A stretch of DNA of 64,000 bases, taken from positions 608,001 through 672,000 of the forward strand of contig CAWJJC010000028.1 of assembly GCA_963843145.1 (NCBI GenBank), read 5' to 3'. The stretch comes from an uncultured delta proteobacterium. Its GTDB lineage: Bacteria > Desulfobacterota > RBG-13-43-22. Below, piece by piece: positions 10,424-21,170 of this stretch. Numbering within the stretch: the stretch's first letter is position 1; every line of letters begins with the position of its first letter. The notes under the pieces are model-generated. The model ran no database searches. It saw nothing but the letters and a program-made list of their open reading frames with translations, and was not told the origin of the DNA. Made by a program: the position numbers and the translations under genes.

Positions 10424-11074
10424 TTAGAATTGAATGACATAAAAAGTATACAGGGTGATCGCTCCGATCAGGATAAAGACCAGGGTCAAGAGATTTTCAA
10501 AACGTTTAAAAAAGTGGCGTCGCGCCCGGGTGATGACGCCCCATTTAACGCCGATCCGGTAGAAACCGATGCCCACGTGAAGTTCGACCAGGGGCAGCAG
10601 GACCAGGTAAAAGGCCAGCCAGTAGCCGCCCTGGATCCGGGCCGCGCTTTTGGCCGCGGTGATCGGCAGATTGGTCAAAACGGTCCACATATGGATGCCG
10701 CCCATGATCAAGATAATCATGGCGGTCACCGCCTGAACCACCCACAGCCAGGTGTCCAGGTGGTGTAACCGTTTGCTGTGAATCCAGATTGCCTGTTGTT
10801 CCTGGCTGCGAAAGGGGACCTTGCGGGCCGCCAGGATAAAGTGGCCTAAAAAGACCACTCCGATCAAGGGACCACCGGTCTGGGCCAGGTAGGTGTGCTC
10901 CAAGAAGCCGGCAATGCTATTCATCACTCCGGGCCCCAGGTTGATACTGGCCACCAGGATCATGTGGGACCACATAAATAAAATCAAACCCGCCCCGGTG
11001 AGCATCTGGATAAAATCCAGGTAGGCTGCCGTCCGAATATTTCCCTGGGTTTGAACGCTCGTTTGCACCGCCAT
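10424..11074 (-). CDS. frdC: Fumarate reductase diheme cytochrome b subunit (Wolinella type)
   Basis: Start MAVQTSV after GGAGG; five TM segments with His ligands; ELHVGIGFYRIGVKWG. Confidence 0.92.
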   Translation of the reverse strand: MAVQTSVQTQGNIRTAAYLDFIQMLTGAGLILFMWSHMILVASINLGPGVMNSIAGFLEHTYLAQTGGPLIGVVFLGHFILAARKVPFRSQEQQAIWIHSKRLHHLDTWLWVVQAVTAMIILIMGGIHMWTVLTNLPITAAKSAARIQGGYWLAFYLVLLPLVELHVGIGFYRIGVKWGVITRARRHFFKRFENLLTLVFILIGAITLYTFYVIQF

Positions 11075-11089
11075 CAGGCCTCCCTTCTT

Positions 11090-11300
11090 AAAACTCGAAA
11101 TTCGAAGCACGAAACTCGAAACAAGCACGAAGGTCCAAAATTCAAATGACCAAAACAGCTTTCCCGCCCTGCCCGGGAGGGAGTGAGCATCGGATCCCCC
11201 CACCTTGGTGGACCGCTGCGGTTCAGGGGCAGGTTTTTTGAAATTCGAATTTTGGTCATTTGAATTTGTTTCGGATTTCGGATTTCGGGTTTCGGATTTA
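11090..11300. repeat. Heptamer-based inverted-repeat element with GC-rich core
   Basis: aaactcgaaattcgaagcacgaaactcgaaac ... gtttcggatttcggatttcgggtttcggattt. Confidence 0.8.
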
Positions 11301-11323
11301 GCTAAAATTCAAATAATTTTTGG

Positions 11324-11764
11324 CTAGACTTTATAGGGGTTGATCACCATGACCGGCACCGGGGCATTCTTGACCACATTTTCGGCCACGCTCCCGAAAA
11401 AAGTCCGATCCAGGCCTTTTCGTCCATGGGTCCCCATAATGATCAAATCAATTTTTTTATTTTCAGCATAGTGGATTATCTCCGTAGCGGCATCTCCGCT
11501 GAGCACTCTGGTGGTGCAGGCGTTAAAATTTTCATCGGCGACCCGGGATATCATTTTTTGCGCGTTTTCCAGGACTTCGTTTTCCAGTTGGTCGAGGGAG
11601 GGATGGGGCACATGAAAGCTGGTCAAGTATTTGAAATCACGAACAACATAAAGTAGGTGCACCTGCCCTTGAAAGGCCTGGGCCATGGCAACCACATAGG
11701 GAATTATTTTTTTGGAAGACTCAGAGAAATCAAGGGGGAAGAGGATATTTTTAAAGGTTTTCAT
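11324..11764 (-). CDS. Universal stress protein
   Basis: ILFPLDFS, DLIIMGTHGRKG, FGSVAENVV. Confidence 0.95.
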   Translation of the reverse strand: MKTFKNILFPLDFSESSKKIIPYVVAMAQAFQGQVHLLYVVRDFKYLTSFHVPHPSLDQLENEVLENAQKMISRVADENFNACTTRVLSGDAATEIIHYAENKKIDLIIMGTHGRKGLDRTFFGSVAENVVKNAPVPVMVINPYKV

Positions 11765-12004
11765 ATTTTCCTCCGGTTGTTCAAAAAGTCCGGTTATTTT
11801 ATATCAGTGAGGCCCAAAGTTGTCAAGGGAAAGGAAGGCATCTCTTTCGTTGACATCCTCTTGAATTTCTTGCTAATCTTATTGACAAACCAAATCTTAC
11901 GGAATGGGGTTGCAGCCCTTCCTTAAAATGGCGTGAAAGCGAACGACCGAGTCCGATGGGGCAGAAGTTCCGGGATCGGATCGAGATCCTTTGAAGGTGA
12001 ACGG

Positions 12005-12580
12005 GTGGCGCTTAAATTTTTACAGTTGCTTTATCTCTTTCAGCAATATGGCTACCTGATTATTTTTGTCGGCACCTTTTTTGAGGGGGAGACCACCCTG
12101 GTCCTGGGGGGATTGTTGGCCAACCAGGACTATTTGAATTTCTGGCTGGTGGTTGGGACGGCCGTTTCGGCTTCCTATATCGGCCACGTCGTTTTTTATT
12201 TTTTGGGCAAGACCTCTTCCGTCTGGATTTTGGGAAGGTTTCCCGCCTTAAGAATCAAGATCGAACAGGCCGAATATTTTATCCGGCGCTATGAAACCCT
12301 GAGCCTGTTTATCACCCAGTATGTGTTCGGTATCCGCCTGGCCAGCGCCCTCAGTTTTGGAATTTTGGATATGAAGATTTCCAAATTCCTTTCCCTGCAG
12401 CTCATCAGTTGCCTGGTCTGGGCGATACTCTTCGCCACCTTGGGGTATTGGGTGGGCTCATCTTTGGATAGCCTGATCAAAAATATTGAGAGGGCTCTTC
12501 TGGCTATTCTCTTTCTGGGAATCGCTTTCGCCTTTGCCGGCCGCAAGTTTTTCGAATATTGGTTTCGTCGCCGCCATTAG
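12005..12580 (+). CDS. DedA family membrane protein
   Basis: GTFFEGETTLVLGG motif; hydrophobic; GTG start at 12005 likely but uncertain. Confidence 0.88.
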   Translation: MALKFLQLLYLFQQYGYLIIFVGTFFEGETTLVLGGLLANQDYLNFWLVVGTAVSASYIGHVVFYFLGKTSSVWILGRFPALRIKIEQAEYFIRRYETLSLFITQYVFGIRLASALSFGILDMKISKFLSLQLISCLVWAILFATLGYWVGSSLDSLIKNIERALLAILFLGIAFAFAGRKFFEYWFRRRH

Positions 12581-12605
12581 AGTATGATATAATAATAAAT
12601 GGTTG

Positions 12606-12914
12606 TTCGCCCTTTTGGGTGGGTGGCCACAGTATAGGGGAGATTAATCTAAAATCGATTCTCCGTGGCCGAAGGGTCTCGGCGAAAGGGTTTGCCAAAG
12701 GTATTCCGGACTTCGAATCCGGGCCTAAATTACTAATTTTTTTTGAAGCAGGCCCAAACGCAGAGACATTTGATGCCTTCCAGGCCAGCCCTGCCTCCAG
12801 GAAGATTTGAAAACACGAGGGCCGGGTTAGAACCTAAAAAGCAATATGGCAAACCCTTTCGCCGAGACCCTTCGGCCATACCAGATATGGGGGGTACCCA
12901 CCCAAAAGGGCGAA
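12606..12914. mobile_element. Nested MITE: outer 19-bp IR, inner 32-bp IR
   Basis: TTCGCCCTTTTGGGTGGGT/ACCCACCCAAAAGGGCGAA (12606, 12896) and TGGCCGAAGGGTCTCGGCGAAAGGGTTTGCCA/its reverse complement (12666, 12847). Confidence 0.75.
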
Positions 12915-12964
12915 GCGTCTAATAAATTAAGTTTGATCATCTCCAATTAGAAAGGCCAGCCGTT

Positions 12965-14824
12965 ATGGCGATAGAAAAAAAGACCCATTTTTCCATCTGG
13001 TATTTCGTTGGGGCCATGCTCATCTTGATGGCTTTCCAGTCATATTTTCTGAGTGATCAGGTGGGCCAGTTGCCCTACAACGAGTTCAAAAAACTGCTTA
13101 AAGCGAATCAGTTGAATGACATCGTTATTTATGATGAGATCATCTCCGGAAAGGTAAAAACCGGAGGGCTGGAAGGGATCGTTTCCCCCGAGACCGCCAA
13201 GATGTTGGGGAAGGAAAAAGGCGAGCGGTCCTTCATTACCGCCAGGGTTCAGGACCCCGATCTAATAAAAGATCTGGAACAGGAAGGGGTAAAATTCACC
13301 GGGCGGATTGAAAACAAAATCGTAAAATTTTTTACCAACTGGATTCTGCCCATGCTCTTTTTCATCCTGGTCTGGGGCTTCCTGATGAAACGGATGGGGG
13401 GCGCCAGCGGCGGCTTGATGTCTATCGGGAAGAGCAAAGCCAAGATCTATATGGAAAAAGACATCAATATCCGCTTTGAAGACGTAGCCGGGATCGATGA
13501 AGCCAAAGAAGAACTGCAAGAAGTCATCGAATTTTTGAAAAACCCCCAGAAATTTCAGCGATTGGGCGGAAAGATTCCTAAGGGGGTTCTTTTAGTGGGG
13601 GCGCCGGGAACCGGCAAGACCCTGCTGGCCAAGGCGGTGGCCGGCGAGGCCAACGTCCCTTTTTTTAGCCTGAGCGGTTCCGATTTTGTCGAGATGTTTG
13701 TGGGGGTGGGAGCGGCCCGGGTCAGGGACCTATTTACTCAAGCCCAGAACAAGGCCCCCTGCATCATCTTTATCGATGAACTGGATGCGCTGGGCAAAGC
13801 CCGGGGGATCAACCCCATGGGCGGCCATGATGAACGGGAGCAAACCCTGAATCAATTATTAGTGGAAATGGACGGCTTCTCGACCGATAAGGGCGTGATC
13901 ATCATGGCCGCGACCAACCGGCCGGAAATCCTCGATCCCGCCCTGTTGCGGCCCGGACGTTTCGACCGTCACGTGATGATCGACAAGCCGGACGTCAACG
14001 GCCGGGAGGCCATCCTCAAGGTGCACAGCAAGGAGGTGACCCTGGGGCCGAACGTGGACCTGCAAAAGATTGCCGCCCGGACCCCGGGTTTTGTGGGAGC
14101 CGATCTGGCCAATATTGTCAATGAGGCCGCTTTGCTGGCCGCCCGTAAAGACAAAAGCCAGGTGGAGATGGGGGACCTCGACGAGGCCATCGACCGGGTA
14201 GTGGCCGGCCTGGAAAAGAAAAATCGCCGGATGAACGAAAAAGAAAAAGAGATTGTGGCCTATCATGAATCCGGGCATGCCATCGTAGCCGAAGTCCTGC
14301 CAAACGCCGATCCGGTCCATAAGGTTTCCATCATTCCCCGGGGGGTGGCGGCCCTGGGCTACACCCAGCAACTGCCGATCGAAGACCGTTACCTGATGAC
14401 CAAAAAAGAATTGTTGGACAAGATAAGCGTTTTGTTCGGAGGTCGTTTAGCCGAAGAAATCATCTTTCAGGAGGTCTCCACCGGGGCGCAGAATGACCTG
14501 ATCCGGGCTACCGACATCGCTGAACGCATGGTTCGGGAATTCGGGATGAGCGATCTCGGGCTGGTGACCTTCGAAAAAGAACGGCGCCCCCTTTTCCTGG
14601 AAACCGGGCTGGGGTATGATACCGGCCGGCAGGTGAGCGAAGAAACCGCCCGCGGTATTGACGGAGAGGTGAAAAAGATTATTGAATTTTCCAGAAGCCA
14701 GACCCGGAAGATCCTGGAAGATCATCAGGCCCAGTTGAGGATCCTGGCCCAACGTTTATTAGAAAAAGAAGTGGTGGAAGGCGAAGAACTTCGTGAAATC
14801 CTCAAGGGTGAGGCGGTTGAATAA
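12965..14824 (+). CDS. ftsH: ATP-dependent zinc metalloprotease FtsH
   Basis: Two TM segments, [40 protein letters not shown]. Confidence 0.97.
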   Translation: MAIEKKTHFSIWYFVGAMLILMAFQSYFLSDQVGQLPYNEFKKLLKANQLNDIVIYDEIISGKVKTGGLEGIVSPETAKMLGKEKGERSFITARVQDPDLIKDLEQEGVKFTGRIENKIVKFFTNWILPMLFFILVWGFLMKRMGGASGGLMSIGKSKAKIYMEKDINIRFEDVAGIDEAKEELQEVIEFLKNPQKFQRLGGKIPKGVLLVGAPGTGKTLLAKAVAGEANVPFFSLSGSDFVEMFVGVGAARVRDLFTQAQNKAPCIIFIDELDALGKARGINPMGGHDEREQTLNQLLVEMDGFSTDKGVIIMAATNRPEILDPALLRPGRFDRHVMIDKPDVNGREAILKVHSKEVTLGPNVDLQKIAARTPGFVGADLANIVNEAALLAARKDKSQVEMGDLDEAIDRVVAGLEKKNRRMNEKEKEIVAYHESGHAIVAEVLPNADPVHKVSIIPRGVAALGYTQQLPIEDRYLMTKKELLDKISVLFGGRLAEEIIFQEVSTGAQNDLIRATDIAERMVREFGMSDLGLVTFEKERRPLFLETGLGYDTGRQVSEETARGIDGEVKKIIEFSRSQTRKILEDHQAQLRILAQRLLEKEVVEGEELREILKGEAVE

Positions 14825-14834
14825 TTTCTCTTAG

Positions 14835-15190
14835 GTAAACCCCCCGGCTTTGCCGGGGGATTCTCAAAGTTTGACAGTTCCGGGAACAGTCCTTGGGCTG
14901 TTTAAGAATAACGCCCCGATGGAAATCAATATTCCCGGCAAGTAGTCATTCCGGACTTGATCCGGAATCTAGGAACTTGGCCGAGCTTGGGAGAGCCCTG
15001 GACCCCGGCCATTCGACAAAGCTCATGGCCCTGAGTAAGCCGAAGGGCTTTCGCCGGGGTGACGACTGAAGAGATTTGTGGGGATGCGGACTATCCCAAA
15101 GGTTCAGCCCCATAAAGTATGAATATCCGGTCAGGCCCCTTTGAGGGGCCGGCAAATTTCAAGCCTCCGGGTTTGCCGGAGTTGGATGAC
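14835..15190. mobile_element. Non-autonomous IS200/IS605-like element (no tnpA) with nested REP
   Basis: Left hairpin CCCCCGGCTTTGCCGGGGG; right GCCCCTTTGAGGGGC and AAGCCTCCGGGTTTGCCGGAG; REP at 14945-15064. Confidence 0.65.
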
Positions 15191-15213
15191 TCTGGACTGC
15201 GCTAAAGGACGGC

Positions 15214-16275
15214 ATGATGATTTTTAGCCAGGAAAATCGCCTGTATTCCCTTTGGACCCGATATAAATTTGTGCCGCTTCCTTGGAAGATCCTGCCGATT
15301 GTAGCTCTGCTGGCGGCGATTTTCTCTCTGGATCATCACTGGATCCCCTCCGGTTCCATTCCCCTGGAAGTATTACACCGGCTGTATTATCTGCCGATCG
15401 TCCTCAGCGGCCTGCTTTTTGGGCTGTGGGGAGGATTTTTCTCCGCCACTCTCGTCAGCCTGTTATTTCTCCTTCATTGGCTGGGCGTACCTGATCTTTC
15501 CGCAAATCACTCCGGGTCCTGGGAGGAGATCGTCCTGTTTTACACTTTTGGCCTGCTCATCGGGTTGCTGGTGGACCGGGAACGGATTGAGAGTCAGCGC
15601 CGTCAGGATCAGGAACATTTAGCCGTCCTGGGAGAAGCCGCCGCCACCGTGGCCCACGAATTAAAAAACCCGGTCATCACTATTGGGGCCAACATCCTGC
15701 GGATGCAGAAAAGGGCCGAGCCCGGCGACCCGACCTACGACCGTCTTGGCCTTATTTACCAGGAATGCCAGCGTGTTGAAATGCTGCTCAAGGACATGGT
15801 AAATTTTGCCCGGCCCATCGATTTAACTTTTGGCCCTACGGAGGTGAATGACCTGGTTCGGAAGGTAATAGAAATGGTGATCCCCCAAGCCGAAAAAAAA
15901 CAGGTCGAACTCAGCACCAACCTGGATGGGAACCTGCCGCTGGTCCTGACGGATCAGACTCGGATGACCCAGGTATTCTATAATTTGATCATGAATGCCG
16001 TCCAGGCCTCTTCGCCGGAAGACCGTATCCTGATTCGAACGGAAAAGAAAAGGAACCAGATTAGTGTCGAATTCGCGGACACCGGTTGCGGTATTCCCCC
16101 GGAATTGCAATCAAAGATTTTTGACCCCTTTTTTTCCACAAAAAAGGACGGATCGGGCATGGGACTGGCTATTTCCAAAAGAATCGTGGACCTGCACCAG
16201 GGGAAGCTGTTTTGCCAAACCAATTCGCCCCAGGGGGCCATCTTTACTATTTTCCTGCCTATCAAGAAAATTTAA
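15214..16275 (+). CDS. Membrane sensor histidine kinase (orphan)
   Basis: 4 TM segments, AHELKNP, NLIMNA, DTGCG, FFSTKKDGSGMGL. Confidence 0.93.
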   Translation: MMIFSQENRLYSLWTRYKFVPLPWKILPIVALLAAIFSLDHHWIPSGSIPLEVLHRLYYLPIVLSGLLFGLWGGFFSATLVSLLFLLHWLGVPDLSANHSGSWEEIVLFYTFGLLIGLLVDRERIESQRRQDQEHLAVLGEAAATVAHELKNPVITIGANILRMQKRAEPGDPTYDRLGLIYQECQRVEMLLKDMVNFARPIDLTFGPTEVNDLVRKVIEMVIPQAEKKQVELSTNLDGNLPLVLTDQTRMTQVFYNLIMNAVQASSPEDRILIRTEKKRNQISVEFADTGCGIPPELQSKIFDPFFSTKKDGSGMGLAISKRIVDLHQGKLFCQTNSPQGAIFTIFLPIKKI

Positions 16276-16296
16276 TTTGCCGGCCTACTTAACTTT

Positions 16297-16317
16297 TATA
16301 GACCCCGTTGGTCTATA
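16297..16317. promoter_or_regulatory. Palindromic operator candidate upstream of the efflux operon
   Basis: TATAGACC-ccgtt-GGTCTATA about 50 nt before the adaptor gene. Confidence 0.45.
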
Positions 16318-16368
16318 GGACCAGGATGGACCGGAATAACTTCGGACTCTGGTTATAGAAAAGGAAGA

Positions 16369-17583
16369 TTGATGAAACGGATTGCGGTAATCATAGGATT
16401 GGTGGTGGTCTTGGGTGGAGGGTCATTGGCAGGCTATCGTTTTTACAAAAACCAGAGCCAGAATCTTCAATACAAAACTGAAAAGGTGCAGAAAGGCTCT
16501 CTTTCCGCGCAAGTGATTGCCACCGGGACCGTCAATCCCGTAACGCTGGTTCAGGTGGGTAGTCAGGTCTCCGGGGCCATTATCAAACTCTTCGCCGACT
16601 TTAACTCCGTGGTCCGCCAAGGACAGGTGATTGCCCAGATTGACCCCGCCCTTTTTCAGGCCAAGGTCGATCAGTCGGAAGCCGATTTGAAGAACGCCCG
16701 GGCTTCATTGGAAAAGGAAAAAACTTCGCTGGCGGATAATCTCCGGACCCTGAATCGCTACAAGACCCTTTTCCAGAGCAATCTCGTTGCCCAGACGGAT
16801 GTGGATCAGGCCCAGACCAAATACGACCTATCGACCGCATCCGTCAAGACGGCCCAGGCTCAAATCGAAACCGCCCAGGCCAATCTTGCCTCGGCCCGGA
16901 CTAATTTGAACTACACCACCATCCGCTCCCCGGTCAACGGTACGGTGGTGGCCCGAAATGTGGATGTGGGTCAGACCGTGGCCGCCAGCCTCCAGGCCCC
17001 CACGCTCTTCACGATTGCCCAGGACTTAAAGGAGATGCAGGTCGATACCAATGTGGATGAAGCGGATATCGGCCGGGTGAAAGTAGGTCAGACCGCCACG
17101 TTTACAGTAGATTCCTACCCGGGGGAACCTTTTACCGCCCTGGTCTCCCAGGTCCGAAATGCCCCGACCACGGTCCAGAATGTGGTCACCTATGATGTGG
17201 TCCTCCGGGTAAAGAATTCGGAATTAAAGCTAAAGCCGGGGATGACGGCGAATGTTTCCCTGATCATCGAAGAGAAGGAAGACGTCCTTAAAATTCCCAA
17301 TTCCGCCCTGCGTTTCAAACCGCCCCGGAAAGATGGGGGAGCCCCGCTCGACGCTAAAAAGCAGAAGAAAGGATCCGTGGTCTGGGTCTTAAGCGCGGAA
17401 AACAAACCGGTCCCTGCGTCGATAAGACCGGGAATAACGGATGGACAGTTTACCGAGGTGGTCGGAGGTAAATTAAAAGAGGGGGATGCGGTTATCACCG
17501 AACTCCTCCAAAATAACAAAAATGCCGAGGCCAAAGGATCCCAAAAGCCGCCCTCGGGTCCCGGGAGAGGAATGCGTTTTTAA
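16369..17583 (+). CDS. MacA-like periplasmic adaptor (MFP)
   Basis: VQVGSQVSG, IRSPVNGTV, VDEADIG, LKPGMTANV. Confidence 0.93.
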   Translation: MMKRIAVIIGLVVVLGGGSLAGYRFYKNQSQNLQYKTEKVQKGSLSAQVIATGTVNPVTLVQVGSQVSGAIIKLFADFNSVVRQGQVIAQIDPALFQAKVDQSEADLKNARASLEKEKTSLADNLRTLNRYKTLFQSNLVAQTDVDQAQTKYDLSTASVKTAQAQIETAQANLASARTNLNYTTIRSPVNGTVVARNVDVGQTVAASLQAPTLFTIAQDLKEMQVDTNVDEADIGRVKVGQTATFTVDSYPGEPFTALVSQVRNAPTTVQNVVTYDVVLRVKNSELKLKPGMTANVSLIIEEKEDVLKIPNSALRFKPPRKDGGAPLDAKKQKKGSVVWVLSAENKPVPASIRPGITDGQFTEVVGGKLKEGDAVITELLQNNKNAEAKGSQKPPSGPGRGMRF

Positions 17584-17586
17584 GCT

Positions 17587-18345
17587 ATGCCGGAGAGTAA
17601 GAACGAAGTCATAAGGCCGTTGATCGAAGTCAAGGACCTGGTCAAGATATACAGCCTGGGGGATAATGAGATTAAGGCCTTGAACGGCGTCTCCCTCTCC
17701 ATTGCCCCCGGGGATTTTGTATCCATCATGGGTTCCTCCGGTTCGGGGAAATCTACGTTCATGAACGTTCTGGGTTGCCTCGATGTACCGACCGCGGGGT
17801 CCTATTTTCTGGATGGTATTGAAGTGGGTTCGCTGAAAAGGGACGAACTGGCCCATCTGCGCAATCAGAAAATCGGGTTCGTCTTCCAGGGCTTCAATCT
17901 TCTTTCGCGAACCTCCGCCATAGAAAACGTGGAACTGCCTCTCATCTACAGCACTTTTCCTGCCCGGGAACGCCGCCAGAGAGCCCAGGAGGCCCTGGCC
18001 GCCGTGGGTTTGTCCGGTCGGGAGAACCACCACTCCAATCAGCTCTCCGGAGGCCAGCAGCAGCGCGTGGCCATTGCCCGGGCCCTGGTCAATAAGCCTT
18101 CCATTATCTTGGCCGATGAACCCACCGGAAACCTGGACACCAAAACCAGCCAGGAAATCATGCAACTCCTGACCCAATTGAATGGGGAACAGAACATGAC
18201 CATCATTCTGGTGACCCACGAACCGGATATTTCCAAATTTACCCGGCGGATCATCCATTTCAAGGACGGGATCGTGGTCAGTGACCGCCCTTTTCAACCC
18301 CTTCCCGACGGTCCGGCCGAATTCCTTACCCGCGCAGGCGCCTAA
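17587..18345 (+). CDS. MacB-type ABC transporter ATP-binding subunit
   Basis: GSSGSGKST, LSGGQQQRVAIARAL, ADEPTGNLD. Confidence 0.95.
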   Translation: MPESKNEVIRPLIEVKDLVKIYSLGDNEIKALNGVSLSIAPGDFVSIMGSSGSGKSTFMNVLGCLDVPTAGSYFLDGIEVGSLKRDELAHLRNQKIGFVFQGFNLLSRTSAIENVELPLIYSTFPARERRQRAQEALAAVGLSGRENHHSNQLSGGQQQRVAIARALVNKPSIILADEPTGNLDTKTSQEIMQLLTQLNGEQNMTIILVTHEPDISKFTRRIIHFKDGIVVSDRPFQPLPDGPAEFLTRAGA

Positions 18346-18348
18346 CCC

Positions 18349-19578
18349 ATGATGAAACCTCTTTCCAGCCTGAAGGTGGCCCTGAGGGCCTTGCGCATCA
18401 ATAAGATGCGGTCCTTTTTGACCATGCTCGGGATCATCATCGGGGTCGGGGCGGTGATCGTCATGGTGGCCATCGGTTCCGGGGCCAGTGAAATGATCGC
18501 CCAACAGATTGCCAGTATGGGGTCCAATCTTCTGATCGTCCTTCCCGGGGCCACTACCTCCGGCGGGGCGCGGATGGGGGGCGGGAGTGTCTCCACACTG
18601 ACTTCCGACGATGCCAAAGCCATCAAGGACGAATGCTCGGCCATCAAAGACGTGGCCCCCGTCTGGGGCGGGGTTACTCAGGTGGTTTATGGAAATCAGA
18701 ACTGGAATACCAGCGTTACCGGCACCACCCCTCCCTTCTTCGACATCCGGGAATGGCCGATAGCCACGGGCCGCATTTTTAACGAACAGGAGATCAGCGG
18801 GGCGGTCAAAGTGGCGGTTATCGGGCAGACGATTGTGGAAAATCTTTTTGGCGCTGAAAATCCCTTGGGCCAGATTATCCGCATCAAGAAGGTGCCTTTT
18901 ACGATCATCGGGGTCCTGTCCAGGAAAGGGCAATCCCCGCAGGGTCAAGACCAGGACGACGCCGTCTATATACCGCTGACCACTTCCCAGAAAAAGGTCT
19001 TTGGAAGCAGTTTGCCCAAGACCGTTCGGATCATCCTGGTCCAGGCCGTGGATCTGAGTCAAATGGCCGAGGCGGAAAAGCAGGTCAATGAGTTGTTGAA
19101 CCAGCGGCACCGGACCCAACCCAATCAACTGCCGGATTTTACGGTCCGGAATTTAACCGAAATCATGGCCACGGCCGAACAGTCGGCCAAGGTAATGTCC
19201 CTGCTCCTGGGCTCTATTGCCCTCGTCTCCCTTTTCGTGGGCGGCATCGGGATTATGAATATCATGCTGGTTTCGGTAACGGAACGGACCCGGGAAATCG
19301 GGATCCGGATGGCGGTCGGCGCGCGGGGACGGGATATCCTTTTTCAATTTCTGACCGAGTCGATCCTCCTGAGCATGGTGGGGGGATTGATCGGAATCAT
19401 TATCGGCGTCATCGGAGCCAAGGTGATGTCCTCCTTCACCGGATGGAATGTCCTTATTTCCTATTGGGCGTTATTGATTTCCTTTTCTTTCGCGGCGGCC
19501 GTAGGCATCTTTTTCGGCTTTTATCCGGCCCGCAAGGCTTCGCGTCTGAACCCGATCGACGCGTTGCGGTATGAGTAA
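18349..19578 (+). CDS. MacB-type ABC transporter permease (FtsX domain)
   Basis: RSFLTMLGIIIG, GGIGIMNIMLVSVTERTREIGIR, YPARKASRLNPIDALRYE. Confidence 0.95.
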   Translation: MMKPLSSLKVALRALRINKMRSFLTMLGIIIGVGAVIVMVAIGSGASEMIAQQIASMGSNLLIVLPGATTSGGARMGGGSVSTLTSDDAKAIKDECSAIKDVAPVWGGVTQVVYGNQNWNTSVTGTTPPFFDIREWPIATGRIFNEQEISGAVKVAVIGQTIVENLFGAENPLGQIIRIKKVPFTIIGVLSRKGQSPQGQDQDDAVYIPLTTSQKKVFGSSLPKTVRIILVQAVDLSQMAEAEKQVNELLNQRHRTQPNQLPDFTVRNLTEIMATAEQSAKVMSLLLGSIALVSLFVGGIGIMNIMLVSVTERTREIGIRMAVGARGRDILFQFLTESILLSMVGGLIGIIIGVIGAKVMSSFTGWNVLISYWALLISFSFAAAVGIFFGFYPARKASRLNPIDALRYE

Positions 19579-19660
19579 AGGCGCAGGGCGCGGAGCGCCA
19601 AGCGCAGAGCGCGTTGAGATCCCCCTCCCTCGACCTATAAAGGGATTTGGAACTGAGGAA

Positions 19661-19905
19661 TATTTTAACAGTCTCATCATTGTACTTACACGGGGTGTTT
19701 TCTTTTTGTCTCTCGCCCGCTTCGCTCGAGTTCGCCGAGGGCGCAGAGAAAGACCAGGTTGCTTTTTGAAAAATCGCTGAGACGCCGATTTTTCAAAAGA
19801 ACTCACGCCTCCGGCGGGGTCAGCGGCAATCAAAAAGTATTTATTCTCTGCGGTCTTGGTGTGCTCTGTGAGAGATCGTCTTTTGTTTTTGGTTGTGACT
19901 GGCGG
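19661..19905. repeat. Dispersed ~240-bp intergenic element, copy 1
   Basis: Long near-identical blocks shared with 24916-25215 (tctctcgcccgcttcgctcgagttcgc..aaaatcgctgagacgccgatttttcaaaa..gagagatcgtcttttg). Confidence 0.8.
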
Positions 19906-20208
19906 CTTCAAGGAATCCCGTCAATGATATTTTGAGACCGTTAATAAGTAGTAAGAATTTGGACCCAATTCCCTCTTTTCGATTGACAATACCCCCAAAA
20001 ATTGATTTTATTGACCCGTCTTTACGAATAATCCTACAAACAACTCCAGCTTTAAAGCAAAGTGATTTTATAAAGAGCGGGGCCAATGAAAGCCTCGTGG
20101 TTATCTCGCGCCGGATGGACCGAAGCGAGCGGGTTTCCGGCCACGATTGGGCGCACAGCCGCGCCTCGGGGGGCTGCCGGCCGTGCCCTTGGCAAGGGTG
20201 GCAGCGCG

Positions 20209-20463
20209 TCAATCCGACTGGACTTGCCAATTGGACATTCCCGGGCGTTGCGCCGTTTCAGCCAGAAAGGCCTCGATTTCGGTCCGGCCCAGGTCCCGGC
20301 GCCTGCGGCCCGGATGCTTGGCAAAAAACCGGCGGATCCAGGCTACATAGTGCGGGATGGTTTTCTCCTGTGCCCCGGCTTCCCGCAGTACGGCGATGTA
20401 TCCCTCAGGCCAGCGCGGCTGGGGATTCAGCGGCGCCACGCCCCGACAAGTCGTTTGAGGCAT
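20209..20463 (-). pseudogene. Integron-integrase-like N-terminal SAM domain fragment
   Basis: EKTIPHYVAWIRRFF...DLGRTEIEAFL...VSNWQ-like motif; catalytic domain absent. Confidence 0.7.
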
Positions 20464-20499
20464 ATCATCCCGGGAGGTACCCAATTAGGGATGCTATTT

Positions 20500-20523
20500 T
20501 TGACGTATAATATTATGTTCGAC
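20500..20523 (+). other. Candidate attI site
   Basis: gacgtataatattatGTTCGAC, an imperfect GTTRRRY core between the divergent intI fragment and the first ORF. Confidence 0.45.
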
Positions 20524-20550
20524 GACAGATGAGAAAAAACGGAGGCCACG

Positions 20551-20775
20551 ATGAGCAACATCCTTGATACACCAGAAATGGCAAGACTCCTAACGCTCGT
20601 GGAGGAGGCCGCTCGCTCTACGGAGGAGGGCGTCAAGCATTTCGTTGAGCCCGCGCCTGGCACGCTGCAACGCACAACCAACAAGCGGCATCACATCGTA
20701 TTCGGGCGCCGTGGATCTGGGAAGTCGAGCCTCCTTCGAAAGGCTGCTGCTGACCTTACGGTCGATCGGAGGCCG
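20551..20775 (+). pseudogene. P-loop ATPase fragment (first-cassette remnant)
   Basis: HHIVFGRRGSGKSSLL Walker A; the frame becomes unrelated-looking after ~75 aa. Confidence 0.6.
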
Positions 20776-21009
20776 TCACCTGTTGGGATAATGAGTGGCT
20801 GGACATCTTCCGGGACGATACGGACCAGGAGGTGTTCCTGGAAATCCAATCTGGGGTCCTCCCCTCAATAACGTGAAGCTTTGCATCAGGGTTTGAAAGA
20901 GAACCATTCTTATTTGCTACTGGACACCCCTTATGGGAAAACACATCTGTAATTTGAAGGGAATATGGGGAAAAAGAATATAAACAATAAAGACCGCGTA
21001 TTCGTTAGG

Positions 21010-21170
21010 ATGGGTCGAGAGCAGGAAGCCCGCGCCGAGGCTGCCGAAGTCCTGAGAATAAATCCGAACTTTTCATTGGATTCCTTTGCCAAAATCCTGC
21101 CTTAGAAAGATCAATCTTCAAGTGGCAATGTTGTTGAGGCCCTGCGCCGGGCGGGACTGAGAGAAAATAG
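21010..21170 (+). pseudogene. C-terminal fragment of an adenylate cyclase/TolB-like TPR protein
   Basis: MGREQEARAEAAEVLRINPNFSLDSFAKILP*KDQ...VEALRRAGL, with internal stop. Confidence 0.6.

Noticed and set aside
11075-11203. N-terminal extensions of FrdC, and likewise of ORFs 30014, 36485, 38398, 21889 and 23299
   Set aside because: The extensions run through repeat elements; better starts with RBS lie downstream
17473-19128. 551-aa minus-strand ORF, and similar long antisense ORFs at 9358, 32815, 39708, 54591 and 60632
   Set aside because: Shadow frames of well-supported GC-rich genes on the opposite strand or an overlapping frame; no recognisable motifs
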